Source of the DNA: a bacterium | Lineage (GTDB): Bacteria > SZUA-182 > DTGQ01 | Direction: 5' to 3' | Assembly (NCBI GenBank): GCA_040752695.1 | Contig: JBFMGO010000004.1 | Location: forward strand, 13,904-77,903 | DNA length: 64,000 nt | Shown here: in pieces, positions 35,567 to 46,118 of the stretch | How positions within the stretch are numbered: position 1 is the stretch's first letter | Layout of the letters: every line of letters starts with the position of its first letter | Translations under genes and position numbers: made by a program | The notes under the pieces: generated by a model | The model's database searches: none | Told to the model about the DNA's origin: nothing | What the model saw: the letters and a program-made list of their open reading frames with translations, nothing else

Positions 35567-38026
35567 ATGCAATGTAAAAAGAGGATTGTAAAAGTACAAG
35601 GGCGTTTTATTGGAGGTATTAGTTTTACTAGAGGTATTAAGATAGTAATTCTCTTGATCATCCTTGGTCTTACCGCAAGAGCCGGGGCTGATGGAACAAA
35701 AAAGACTTCTCCACCGCCTTCGCCTTCATCGGACACGAAAAAGATGCTTGAGCAATTCTGGCTGGATGCCTATGGTAAGACATCGCCAGGCCCGGCATCC
35801 GAACCGGCCGTATCGTCCACGCGACCTACACCAGCAGCACCAGGTACGCAAGCCACGCATGCCACTCCAGCCATGCCTGGCATGCCTGCCGCACCACCCA
35901 TGCCAGATGGAAACAAGACAAAAACATCACCATCCCCGAAGCCGGGCAACCCGCTGATTCAATTACCCCCAAATGAACCTTTTGCCACCCTGAACAGGGA
36001 ACTTTTGGCTAAGGCCAAACCAGACGAGTGCTTTAACGGCATAGGAAATCCCTACCCTACCGGGCCCCCCTGCTCTGAAGGAAAACCCAAGGTGAACCAG
36101 GCTTATGTCTGGGGGCTGGCCAAGGTTGGCAGTAATATCTGGATTGGAACCGCTCCCAATGTACACTGCCTGGCCATTGGAGCCTATGGCCCTGCCGCCA
36201 TGGACCCTACGATCCCACTGAATCCTCTTGAGACTGACTCATGGGTTTGCGAATTTGGCAGTTCTCAGTACTCTCAAAACTATCCCTTTGTACCGCCTTC
36301 TGCCGGGGACTGGAGGCCACCTCATATCTATGTCTACAATACGGCACAAAAGACCTTGACCGAGAAAACACCCATAAGAGATCCAGCTTTTCTGCTTATG
36401 ACCGGCATCCGATCGGCTGGCAGCATCGGCGATCTGGTCATTATGGCTGGGCCTGGCACGGCAGGACCCAGTAACCAGGGAAGCATTACCCTCAGTGCTT
36501 TCCTTTCGGATTCGGGCACCTATCTGGGATCGAAAACTCTTTTCACCTATACCAATATCCGCAAGTGGCTGGTGGTAAACGATGTCCTTTACACAGCCGT
36601 ACGAAATGTCAGCGGTTCATCCAAGGGCAGTGTGCTGCGATGGACTGGCGAGTTGACCTACCTGCCATCGGGAAAGCCCGACTTGAACGCGCTCTTCAGA
36701 TTTTCGATTGTCGGGAACCTGTCAGATGGAGAGGGTGCCGAACTTGCCGAACACGAAGGCCGCATCTTTGTGACCACCTGGCCGGGCAACATGCTCGAGG
36801 GGGAGGAGATAACCACGGCCGGCCTCTATATGAGCCCGCCCATTCCAGCACAGGGGCTGACCAGCGATGATGCGGATAGCTGGACCAAGGTCTGGCAGGC
36901 GCAAGATTATGAACCTGACTTTGTGACGGCAGCCACCTATGGAGGCGGTGCCCTGGCCTCCTTTGACGGTTATCTCTACTGGGGGACCATGCATGTACCC
37001 TTCACCTCGGCGCTTGCGCATTTCATCATGTATGGAATGCCTGATAATGAAAGGGATATCCTGGCTGCGGTTTTGGGGACGTATCGCCCCATCAGCATTT
37101 TCAGAGGCCGGAATTTTGACTCAAGAAAGCCAGATTTGCAACTCGTTTACGGCATGCCCTGCCTGCCGGTATACATGCCACCAGGCCACTGGGAGATCCT
37201 GCCAAATAAAATGGGCGATCCACTCTGGGGCCTTTCCGGATTCGGTAATTTCTTCAATAATTATACCTGGACCATGTCGGTTTATCGGCATCAGCTTTTT
37301 ATCGGTACCATGGATTGGAGCTACTTTGTAGGAGAACAAATGAGCGCATTTCTCGATCTTACGATCGGCTCTATCCCTGATGAATTGCTCAATCTTCCTG
37401 AAAACTTCTATGGGGCAGATCTTTTCCGCATTCAATCCTCATATATTCCTGCCGTACCCGAATCTGTGGCCGGAGTTGGTAACTATACCAGCTACGGCAT
37501 CCGCACCATGCTGTCTGACGAAGCTCTTTACCTTGGCATGGCTAATCCGATGAACCTGCTCACGGATATGGATGATGACCTGCCGGAAGGAGGGTGGGAA
37601 TTGATCAGACTGAATAATGAGCTTCAGGTACCCATAGATATTATGCCGGGAACATGCCCGAACAGGCTCTCCGTGCTGAGTAGAAAACTTTTGGCTATTG
37701 CTCTTTCAGGCACACCTGATTTCGATGTAAGCCAGGTTGATACAGGCACGTTTATGCTTGGGAAAGATGCCACAGGGGCGAAGGTCACCCCTGTTCGCAG
37801 CATGTTCAGGGACGCAACTACACCCTTTGGAGAAGAACCATGCAGTTGTCATACCCTCGCCGGCGATAGGATTACAGATATTGTACTCTTTTTCGATCCA
37901 CAGGAAGTTATCATGACACTCGGATTAGGGATTGAGGATGACATACTTCTCACCCTGACCGGCAGGCTGAAGAAAGAGTACGGCGGCAAGGGAATTAAAG
38001 GACAGGACTGCCTGTCGATCGAATGA
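35567..38026 (+). CDS. Secreted/anchored 819-aa protein of unknown family: signal anchor, Pro/Ala/Thr-rich linker, putative beta-propeller, C-terminal beta-sandwich-like module
   Basis: The start is set at ATG 35567 (AAGGAGG 4 nt upstream); the track start is 35486. Hydrophobic segment IKIVILLIILGLTARAGA. Linker: PPPSPSS...PTPAAPGTQATHATPAMPGMPAAPPMP...SPSPKPGNP. A recurrent hydrophobic-x-aromatic-x-G-T motif appears in NIWIGT, VLYTAV, RIFVTT, YLYWGT, QLFIGT and ALYLGM. C-terminus: DIMPGTCPNRLSVLSRKLLAIALSGTPDFDVSQVD. Confidence 0.8.
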   Translation: MQCKKRIVKVQGRFIGGISFTRGIKIVILLIILGLTARAGADGTKKTSPPPSPSSDTKKMLEQFWLDAYGKTSPGPASEPAVSSTRPTPAAPGTQATHATPAMPGMPAAPPMPDGNKTKTSPSPKPGNPLIQLPPNEPFATLNRELLAKAKPDECFNGIGNPYPTGPPCSEGKPKVNQAYVWGLAKVGSNIWIGTAPNVHCLAIGAYGPAAMDPTIPLNPLETDSWVCEFGSSQYSQNYPFVPPSAGDWRPPHIYVYNTAQKTLTEKTPIRDPAFLLMTGIRSAGSIGDLVIMAGPGTAGPSNQGSITLSAFLSDSGTYLGSKTLFTYTNIRKWLVVNDVLYTAVRNVSGSSKGSVLRWTGELTYLPSGKPDLNALFRFSIVGNLSDGEGAELAEHEGRIFVTTWPGNMLEGEEITTAGLYMSPPIPAQGLTSDDADSWTKVWQAQDYEPDFVTAATYGGGALASFDGYLYWGTMHVPFTSALAHFIMYGMPDNERDILAAVLGTYRPISIFRGRNFDSRKPDLQLVYGMPCLPVYMPPGHWEILPNKMGDPLWGLSGFGNFFNNYTWTMSVYRHQLFIGTMDWSYFVGEQMSAFLDLTIGSIPDELLNLPENFYGADLFRIQSSYIPAVPESVAGVGNYTSYGIRTMLSDEALYLGMANPMNLLTDMDDDLPEGGWELIRLNNELQVPIDIMPGTCPNRLSVLSRKLLAIALSGTPDFDVSQVDTGTFMLGKDATGAKVTPVRSMFRDATTPFGEEPCSCHTLAGDRITDIVLFFDPQEVIMTLGLGIEDDILLTLTGRLKKEYGGKGIKGQDCLSIE

Positions 38027-38265
38027 GCAAGGTCATTTTTTATTGTATGACAGTGCCATTGAAAGACTTTTGCGTTGTCCCACGGATGGACCTGCCCCTC
38101 TTCAGGGAGGCCGGGCGGAAATAGGAAACAGGGTCACTATTTCCCATCTCCCTTTCAAGGGGCAGGATTCTTGAATATTCTATCGTCCGTGGTTAAAGTG
38201 GTCTTTTGCGGCACCGATCCAGCACGTGCTTATATCACTCCATTCCTTATAGCAGCCATAACTGC

Positions 38266-38327
38266 CTGGTCAGTTAGCGCCATATTTTGACGGAACCCAC
38301 ATGACTTGGCCGGTTCTAACTGACCAG
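38266..38327. repeat. 12-bp perfect inverted repeat (CTGGTCAGTTAG ... CTAACTGACCAG) with a 38-nt loop in a long non-coding spacer
   Basis: Arms at 38266-38277 and 38316-38327, read directly. No ORF with an SD spans it. Confidence 0.8.
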
Positions 38328-38707
38328 ACACGCTATGGCCTTTTAATCCTTTATCTCTATTTCAGTTATCCTTATTCGATATTAAAAGTATCGCTTCCGC
38401 CCATTCCAAAAAATATAAAACAAAAAAGAAAATACCCCTTAATTGGAAAACCAGAAAACTCATAGCATCCGGGCTGTTTATTTTTTCGAGTATTTATTGG
38501 AAATTGTATATTCATTATTTTATCTTTATTATACACTAAAACAAGTCAAGATGAAAGTAAAAATTTTATAAATATGGATTTTGTGTAATGCTCAAGTGAG
38601 CGATAACCAGAAGGATTTATTCCGTTTTGACCATGAAGATACTTCATGAGGATAGGAAGGGATGAAAAGATAAAAAAATGGAAAAGCGCGAAAGTGCGGG
38701 ATGGGAA

Positions 38708-38738
38708 ACGGCAAAAGGCGGGACAAGGGTATCCCGCC
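38708..38738 (-). terminator. Probable rho-independent terminator after nfnAB
   Basis: Minus strand reads GGCGGGA-tacccttg-TCCCGCC followed by TTTTGCCGTTT, about 80 nt downstream of the 38818 stop. Confidence 0.5.
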
Positions 38739-38817
38739 CGGTAAAAAAAGGCATAGGAAGAAACCTTCCGGTAAATCTGTTGAATAAGGCCAATGCATTG
38801 AAAGCAGAGCCAAGTAT

Positions 38818-41100
38818 TTACTGGCTCTTATTCTGCCCTTGCTCTTTGTTCAATAGATAGGCGTGGATGGCCTGGGCTGCCTTCTTGCCTGCGCCCATGG
38901 CTTTGATCACTGTGGCTGCGCCGGTTACAATATCGCCACCTGCGTAAATACCCGGCAAGTTTGTGGCCCCGGTCAATTCATCAGCGATAATGTTTCTTTT
39001 TTTATTCAAGGCAAGGTCCGTCATCGTGGAAGTGAGAAGGAGATTTGGTCCCTGGCCGATAGCCACGACAACAGCCTGAACATCAAGAATATATTCCGAA
39101 CCTGGAACAGGGACCGGCCTTCTTCGTCCGGACTGGTCCTCACCGGCCAGTTCCGTCCTTATGCACTCTATCCCTTTCACCCAGCCATTCCCATTGTCCA
39201 GAATACGGGTCGGATTGGAGAGAAGCCAAAACTCGATGCCTTCCTCTTTGGCATTTTCCACTTCTTCCCACCGGGCAGGAAGCTCCTTCATTGATCTTCG
39301 ATAGATAACGTACACTTTTTCCGCCCCAAGCCTCAAGGCAACCCGGGCTGAATCCATGGCCACATTTCCGCCTCCGATTACGGCAACCTCCGCCCCGATT
39401 CGGATTGGCGTGTCATAGTCAGGAAAAAGATATGCCTTCATCAGATTGGCTCTGGTCAGAAATTCATTGGCCGTGTAGACACCGTTAAGATTTTCACCAG
39501 GAATATTCATAAAAGAGGGGAGACCCGCTCCGGTGCCGATAAACACCGCATCGAATCCCTCCTGCCTGAGCTGATCAACCGTGATCAGCTTTCCTACGAC
39601 ATGGTTGGTCTTGACCTCAACACCCAATTCCCGGATGTAGTCGATTTCCCGCTGAACGATTGCCTTCGGGAGCCGGAACTCCGGAATCCCATAGATTAAA
39701 ACACCGCCTGCCTTATGAAGTGCCTCGAAGACCGTGACCTCATGGCCCATCCTGGCCAATTCGGAGGCGGCGGTTAACCCGGCGGGCCCTGAACCGATTA
39801 CAGCCACTTTTTTCCCGGTGCGGGGAATTGAATCATGATGCGCAAGCAGATTGCCCTGACAGTACTCGTAATCAGCCACGAACCGCTCCAGCCTTCCAAT
39901 GGCTATGGGCTGTCCTTTTTTGTTCAAGGTACACCGTGCTTCGCACTGGGACTCCTGAGGACAAACCCGGCCGCATATAGCCGGGAGGCTGTTTTTCTCC
40001 TTAATTTTCCTGATAGCGCCCGCGAAATCCTCCTTTTTGATAAGGCGAATGAAGGATGGAATATCAATATCCACCGGGCACCCCTCTACGCAGGGCTTAT
40101 TTTTACATTCCAGACAGCGAGATGCCTCCATGAGTGCCTGCTCCCTTTTGTAGCCCAAAGCAACGGGTTCAAAGTTCCGGATCCGCACTGCCGGATTCTG
40201 CATGGGCATGGGAACACGGGTCTTTGGCCTGTCCTCCTGATTGGCAGATTCTGCCCTCGCCTCCTTTTCCTGGCACTTGCAGGTGTAGTTCCACAGCGCC
40301 CGGTCTTCTTCACGTCGATACATGGAATGCCGTTTTAATAACTCATCAAAGTCCACCTTATGCCCATCGAATTCCGGCCCTTCCACGCAGGCGAAAAGAG
40401 TTCTGTTATCAACACTTACCCGGCAGGCACCACACATACCGGTAGCATCGACCATGATGGAATTTAAGCTTACGACGGTAGGAATATTCGCTCTCTTTGT
40501 CGCTTTGGCCACTTCCCGCATCATCACTACAGGGCCGATAGCCACCACAAGGTCGATCTTTTCCTTCCTGTCAATTAATTCCGCCAATAAATCAGTCACA
40601 AAGCCTTTGGTTCCATGGGAGCCGTCATCGGTGGCCACCATGAGACGATCAGAAATTGCCCTCATCTCATCTTCAAGAATCAGGGTATCCTTGTTCCTGG
40701 CACCGATAATGGAAATGACCCTGTTCCCGATTTCCTTCATGGCTTTGGCGATCGGCAGAACAGGAGCCACACCAACGCCGCCGCCAACGCAGACCACTGT
40801 GCCGGTTTTATAAATATGGGTAGGTTTCCCTAAGGGGCCTACCAGATCCATGATGGTGTCTCCCTGGCGGAGCAGGGCCAGTTTCCTGGTGGAAGCGCCT
40901 ACGATCTGAAAGATAACCGTGATCGTTCCCCGCTGCTCATCACGGTCCGCTATGGTCAGAGGGATCCTTTCTCCATATTCGTCCACCTTGATTACGACAA
41001 AATTCCCTGGTCGTGCGGATCTGGCCAATAGTGGATATTCGATTTCCAAAAGAATGATTGAGGAGGTCAGCATCCTCCTGGTAACGATTCTATAGCTCAT
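38818..41100 (-). CDS. Single-polypeptide NfnA-NfnB fusion (ferredoxin-NADP reductase-like subunit fused to a GltD-like FAD/Fe-S subunit)
   Basis: 760 aa. The N-terminal ~280 aa are PyrK/SudB-like (FVVIKVDEYGERIPLTIAD, VCVGGGVGVAP, 2Fe-2S MCGACRV). The C-terminal part is GltD/SudA-like (CLECKNKPCVEGCPV, CGRVCPQESQCEARC, VAVIGSGPAGLTAA, VAVIGGGNVAMDSA). Confidence 0.85.
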   Translation of the reverse strand: MSYRIVTRRMLTSSIILLEIEYPLLARSARPGNFVVIKVDEYGERIPLTIADRDEQRGTITVIFQIVGASTRKLALLRQGDTIMDLVGPLGKPTHIYKTGTVVCVGGGVGVAPVLPIAKAMKEIGNRVISIIGARNKDTLILEDEMRAISDRLMVATDDGSHGTKGFVTDLLAELIDRKEKIDLVVAIGPVVMMREVAKATKRANIPTVVSLNSIMVDATGMCGACRVSVDNRTLFACVEGPEFDGHKVDFDELLKRHSMYRREEDRALWNYTCKCQEKEARAESANQEDRPKTRVPMPMQNPAVRIRNFEPVALGYKREQALMEASRCLECKNKPCVEGCPVDIDIPSFIRLIKKEDFAGAIRKIKEKNSLPAICGRVCPQESQCEARCTLNKKGQPIAIGRLERFVADYEYCQGNLLAHHDSIPRTGKKVAVIGSGPAGLTAASELARMGHEVTVFEALHKAGGVLIYGIPEFRLPKAIVQREIDYIRELGVEVKTNHVVGKLITVDQLRQEGFDAVFIGTGAGLPSFMNIPGENLNGVYTANEFLTRANLMKAYLFPDYDTPIRIGAEVAVIGGGNVAMDSARVALRLGAEKVYVIYRRSMKELPARWEEVENAKEEGIEFWLLSNPTRILDNGNGWVKGIECIRTELAGEDQSGRRRPVPVPGSEYILDVQAVVVAIGQGPNLLLTSTMTDLALNKKRNIIADELTGATNLPGIYAGGDIVTGAATVIKAMGAGKKAAQAIHAYLLNKEQGQNKSQ

Positions 41101-41253
41101 TCCTCTTCCTTTTCAGGTCAATTTGAATGGAGCAACACAATTTTTGCAGAATTGCCGTTGCCTGGAGAAACAATAAACCCCTCATGGTCGATGCTTTCAC
41201 TCAAGACCATGAGGGGCCAACCATCATGCTTTAGCTCTTTATCGGCCAAAAAC

Positions 41254-43170
41254 TTACGAAACTTGATTGTAGTCGACGATAATGTTGTTCTCTTTCTTTA
41301 CTCTTTCAATCCATGCCTGGAAGAGCTGCTGTTCTTTATTGTAAAGAATCTGATCGCGTATCTTACTCTCTTCCTCTGCGAATTTCTTAAGATCCACTCC
41401 GACCCGCTTTCGCAAGACCGAAAGACAATATCCATGGCCGATCTTCAGGGCAGGAGTGATACCTCCCTCTGAAAGGCCGAAAAGAGCAGTGGCTAATTCC
41501 TGGCTTGAGCCTAATCCCTTAATGAATCCGTAGTGTGAAATTTCGCCGGTATCGGTTACCGTCACTTGATATTCCTGAGCGAGAGAGGCCAGATCAGCTT
41601 TCGTATCCTGTAATTTGCTGCGCATTTCTTCGGCCAATACCCTGGCCTTTTCCTCGGCTTTTTCTTTTTTCAGGTCCTGGATCACTTTTTCCCTGACCCT
41701 ATCCAGCTCAGGAACCCTGGGTGGAATCTCTTCGGCCAGGCGTAAGATATAAAATCCCTCATTTGCCCGAATCGGAGTGCTTGCATCATCTTTCTTGAGT
41801 TTGAAAGCAGCTTTGACAAATTCTTCGGATTTCCCGACATTGGGAATGGTTTTGGCATCTTCGGCCAGTTCGGTATCCCCGATCGCATATCCCTCTTTTA
41901 CGGCTGTCTCTTCCAGTTGTCCTGTTTTGTAGAAATCGCGGACCATATTATAGGCTACACTTTCGGCTGCTTCCCAGGATTTTTCAATGAGAAGTTGATC
42001 TACGATTTGCTGCCTCACTTCCTCAAGCGGTTTGGTTCGGGCTTCCTGGATGTCCTCCACCTTGATGATATGGTAGCCGAACGGCGTTTCGACGAGTTCA
42101 CTGATTGCACCTTTTTCCAGAGCGAAAGCTGCCTTTTCGAAATTCGGAGTCATGCGGCCCTTTCCAAAGAATCCTAGATCACCACCCTTGGATGCGCTGC
42201 CGGGGTCTTGTGAAAACTCGGTGGCCAGCTTGGCGAAATCCTCCCCGCCTCTGATTCTTTGCAGCAGGTCTTGAGCCTTCTTTTTGGCCTCCTCTTTCTT
42301 GGCATCGTCAGCCGCTGGATCGGTTTTCACGAGAATGTGCCTGGCATGGACCTGCTTGGGGATCTGATACTGTGTCTCGTGGCCATTGTAGTATCTTTTT
42401 ACTGCATCGTCGCCAACCGTCAGCGATTCTTTCACTTTCTGACGATCCACATAGATGAACCTCACCTTGCGTTGTGCGGGGAGCTTATAGTTTTCTTTAT
42501 TTTTCTCGAAATAGGCATTGGTTTCATCATCGGAAACTGCAACCTGAGAAAGGTATGAAGCCGGAGTAAAGAGCACATAATCTGCCTGCACTTTTTCATT
42601 CTGCTGAGAGTAAGTATCAAAAACCTCCTCGTTCGATACCTTGATGCCGGCCCTGATTCTCTCCTGCAGCCGATCGATGAAAAGACTCCTTTTTATTTGA
42701 TTCTCGAAGGAAGCAGGGTCGGTATGCATTCCGTATTCTAAAACCTGAGCATATACCCGTCCGTCAAAATGTCCGTTCTGCTGAAAGGCCGGCATGCTCT
42801 GGATCTTATCCAGAACATCCTTATCGCTGACCTTGATTCCCTGCAAGATAGCCTGATGAACCAGGATTTGACGATTGACGAGATTATCGAGAGCAGCTTT
42901 TTTGAGCTGCATTCTCTCAGCCATCTCCGGTGACCAATTGTTTTTGAACTGGTTCTGATAATATTCATAGAGTTGGCGATATTCGGTAGAGTATTCGAGG
43001 TGAGTAATATCTTTGCCGAAGACCGAAGCGATGACTCTCCCTTTGTCCTGGTGCTTCTCATCTCCTACTCCCCAGACAAGGAAGATGGTACCGATGAAAG
43101 CCAGGACGATGAGCGAAATAATTGCCTTTACTAAAAATGATTTTACATTTTTTCGCATGAGATTAAGCAT
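41254..43170 (-). CDS. ppiD: Periplasmic chaperone / peptidyl-prolyl isomerase PpiD
   Basis: 638 aa with an N-terminal membrane anchor KAIISLIVLAFIGTIFLVW, a SurA-N-like region, and parvulin domain HARHILVK...GGDLGFFGKGRMTPNFEKAAF...FGYHIIKV. Confidence 0.88.
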   Translation of the reverse strand: MLNLMRKNVKSFLVKAIISLIVLAFIGTIFLVWGVGDEKHQDKGRVIASVFGKDITHLEYSTEYRQLYEYYQNQFKNNWSPEMAERMQLKKAALDNLVNRQILVHQAILQGIKVSDKDVLDKIQSMPAFQQNGHFDGRVYAQVLEYGMHTDPASFENQIKRSLFIDRLQERIRAGIKVSNEEVFDTYSQQNEKVQADYVLFTPASYLSQVAVSDDETNAYFEKNKENYKLPAQRKVRFIYVDRQKVKESLTVGDDAVKRYYNGHETQYQIPKQVHARHILVKTDPAADDAKKEEAKKKAQDLLQRIRGGEDFAKLATEFSQDPGSASKGGDLGFFGKGRMTPNFEKAAFALEKGAISELVETPFGYHIIKVEDIQEARTKPLEEVRQQIVDQLLIEKSWEAAESVAYNMVRDFYKTGQLEETAVKEGYAIGDTELAEDAKTIPNVGKSEEFVKAAFKLKKDDASTPIRANEGFYILRLAEEIPPRVPELDRVREKVIQDLKKEKAEEKARVLAEEMRSKLQDTKADLASLAQEYQVTVTDTGEISHYGFIKGLGSSQELATALFGLSEGGITPALKIGHGYCLSVLRKRVGVDLKKFAEEESKIRDQILYNKEQQLFQAWIERVKKENNIIVDYNQVS

Positions 43171-43562
43171 TAACCCTTTCTCCTTCTAATGAGATCTGAG
43201 ATGGCGAGTGACTTTTTCCAAAAAATTAAATAAATTAATTATATCCCATATCCTACATATTTTCAAGAGGCATTCTTTTCTCTTGCGTCGGTGAGGTGTT
43301 TTTGTTAGAATGAGAAAAATTTTTGATAGCCCAAAACAATGACTTAGTAACGATTTTCAAATCAAAACTTTTTTTATCCTGAAGTAGCCATTTCTCAAAT
43401 GGGCAGAAATTTTTTCGAAAAGATGGTTTAAGTACCTATTTTATCACACCTTGATTCATCATGAGAATTCCCACAGTTTAAGTTTTTCTCAGGCAGCGCA
43501 TCTGGCGACTTGGGAGAGAATGTGAAATGTTCAGCCTTTGGTGGTAAATGGAGCCTTATTAA

Positions 43563-44600
<1,038 letters not shown>

Positions 44601-44673
44601 CTGTTGTTCAAATTGACGAAGATCATATTGCTCCGGAGCGTGAACGCCCGGGAAAGAGAGAATTTTACGGGTT

Positions 44674-45498
44674 ATGGATTTAAATCTGGATAAGCATCGC
44701 TCCCTCTCTCTCTTGATTTTTTTTCTTCTCATCTCATTTTTTCTTATCAGTTTTCAGGGATTTCAGGGGAAGAGAACCAACTCTTTGCTTCGATCAACCA
44801 TTACCCTGTTTTCTTCTATTCACAAGCTGTCCGTATCCGTTGTCAAGGGTGTCAAGTATATCTGGACTGACTACATAGCGCTGGTAGGCGTCCGACAGGA
44901 AAATAAAGAGCTCAAACGCCAGATTGAATATCTGAAACATCTCAACAATCAATACATCGAGGCTGTTCAGGCCAACAAGCGGTTACGAAAATTACTCGAC
45001 TTTCGCAAAGAGATTGAAGATCCTACCTGTTCTGCACAAATTATCGGCAAGGATTCGACCAACTGGTGCAAGAGCATTTTACTCGATAAGGGCAGCATGG
45101 ACGGCGTAGCTGTCAATATGCCCGTTGTCACTTATAGTGGAATTGTCGGAAGGGTTCAGGAAGTAACCAACCATACCGCCAAGGTCTTGTTGATTAATGA
45201 CATCAACAGCAGTGTGGCGGTCTTGATCCAGAGAAATCGTGCCGAGGGGATCGTTGCCGGAAGCGGAAAGGACTATTGCATCATCAAATATATCGGTAAG
45301 GACTTGGATATCAAGCGAGGGGACCGGGCCATCACCTCCGGTATAGGCGGGGTGTTTCCGAAGGGATTAGTCGTTGGTGTCGTAAGCAAGGTTAAAAAAA
45401 ACAACTATGATCTCTTCCAATACGTTGAAGTTATTCCAGAGCTCAAAATCTCAAGGCTTGAAGAGGTTTTCATCATCAAGAAGACCCCTCAATTCTAG
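44674..45498 (+). CDS. mreC: Rod shape-determining protein MreC
   Basis: 274 aa with a TM anchor and coiled coil (ENKELKRQIEYLK). Beta-barrel domains carry GIVGRVQEV...AKVLLINDINSSVAV and ITSGIGGVFPKGLVVG. Confidence 0.92.
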   Translation: MDLNLDKHRSLSLLIFFLLISFFLISFQGFQGKRTNSLLRSTITLFSSIHKLSVSVVKGVKYIWTDYIALVGVRQENKELKRQIEYLKHLNNQYIEAVQANKRLRKLLDFRKEIEDPTCSAQIIGKDSTNWCKSILLDKGSMDGVAVNMPVVTYSGIVGRVQEVTNHTAKVLLINDINSSVAVLIQRNRAEGIVAGSGKDYCIIKYIGKDLDIKRGDRAITSGIGGVFPKGLVVGVVSKVKKNNYDLFQYVEVIPELKISRLEEVFIIKKTPQF

Positions 45499-45599
45499 CT
45501 TTTTCCTCGTCACTGGGCAAGATTGGGGGGAAATATGTTTTGCCCTGCATAAGGGCGCTTTCAAAAGACTATAGATCTTTCAAAAAACCATAGAAGATT

Positions 45600-46118
45600 A
45601 TGACACTGAAAAATTTTCTGTTTTTTTTCTTACTGATCCTTGCTTCCGTATTTTTCCAGAGTACTTCCTTCGACATTCTGGTCATTTCCGGAGTCAAACC
45701 GGATCTTGTCCTCATTGTCGTTTGTTACATAAGCCTGCGCTGGGAGGAAGAAGTCGGCACCTGCCTGGGATTTTTGCTGGGTTTTCTTCAGGATGTACTT
45801 TCGGTCGGCATCCTCGGACTGAATGCCCTGACCAAGACCCTTTTTGGATTTATGTGCAAAAAGGCCGAGAGAAGGCTCAATACCAAAAATCCTATTGTCC
45901 AGATGCTCTTGATTTTTATCTTCTCCCTGCTGGAAGGCACATTTTTCCTCTTCATTTTGCAGGTCTTTCACCTGCACCGAGGTATCCACGAAACGATTCT
46001 GGAATTAGTTCTTCCGGAGGCTTTTTACAACATGCTGCTGACTCCTGTCCTTTTCTGGACGATAAACCAACTGCACAGAAAGTGGATTTTCGAAAATGAC
46101 CGAACTCATGCAGGATAA
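45600..46118 (+). CDS. mreD: Rod shape-determining protein MreD
   Basis: 172 aa, a 5-TM small membrane protein in the mreB-mreC-mreD-mrdA order. It overlaps the mrdA start by 23 nt. Confidence 0.8.
   Translation: MTLKNFLFFFLLILASVFFQSTSFDILVISGVKPDLVLIVVCYISLRWEEEVGTCLGFLLGFLQDVLSVGILGLNALTKTLFGFMCKKAERRLNTKNPIVQMLLIFIFSLLEGTFFLFILQVFHLHRGIHETILELVLPEAFYNMLLTPVLFWTINQLHRKWIFENDRTHAG

Noticed and set aside
38075-38290. A 71-aa plus-strand ORF, and the small ORFs at 38592-38860, in the long spacer.
   Set aside because: They have no SD and no recognisable family, and they overlap the hairpin and terminator structures. The region is treated as non-coding. A minus-strand fragment ...MALTDQAVMAAIRNGVI looked faintly HTH-like but is too short to call a pseudogene.
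30291-38817. Calling the island a mobile element or integrative island.
   Set aside because: I looked for an integrase, a transposase, a flanking tRNA or direct repeats at the borders and found none. Only compositional and contextual evidence exists, so it is reported as an accessory block, not a mobile element.
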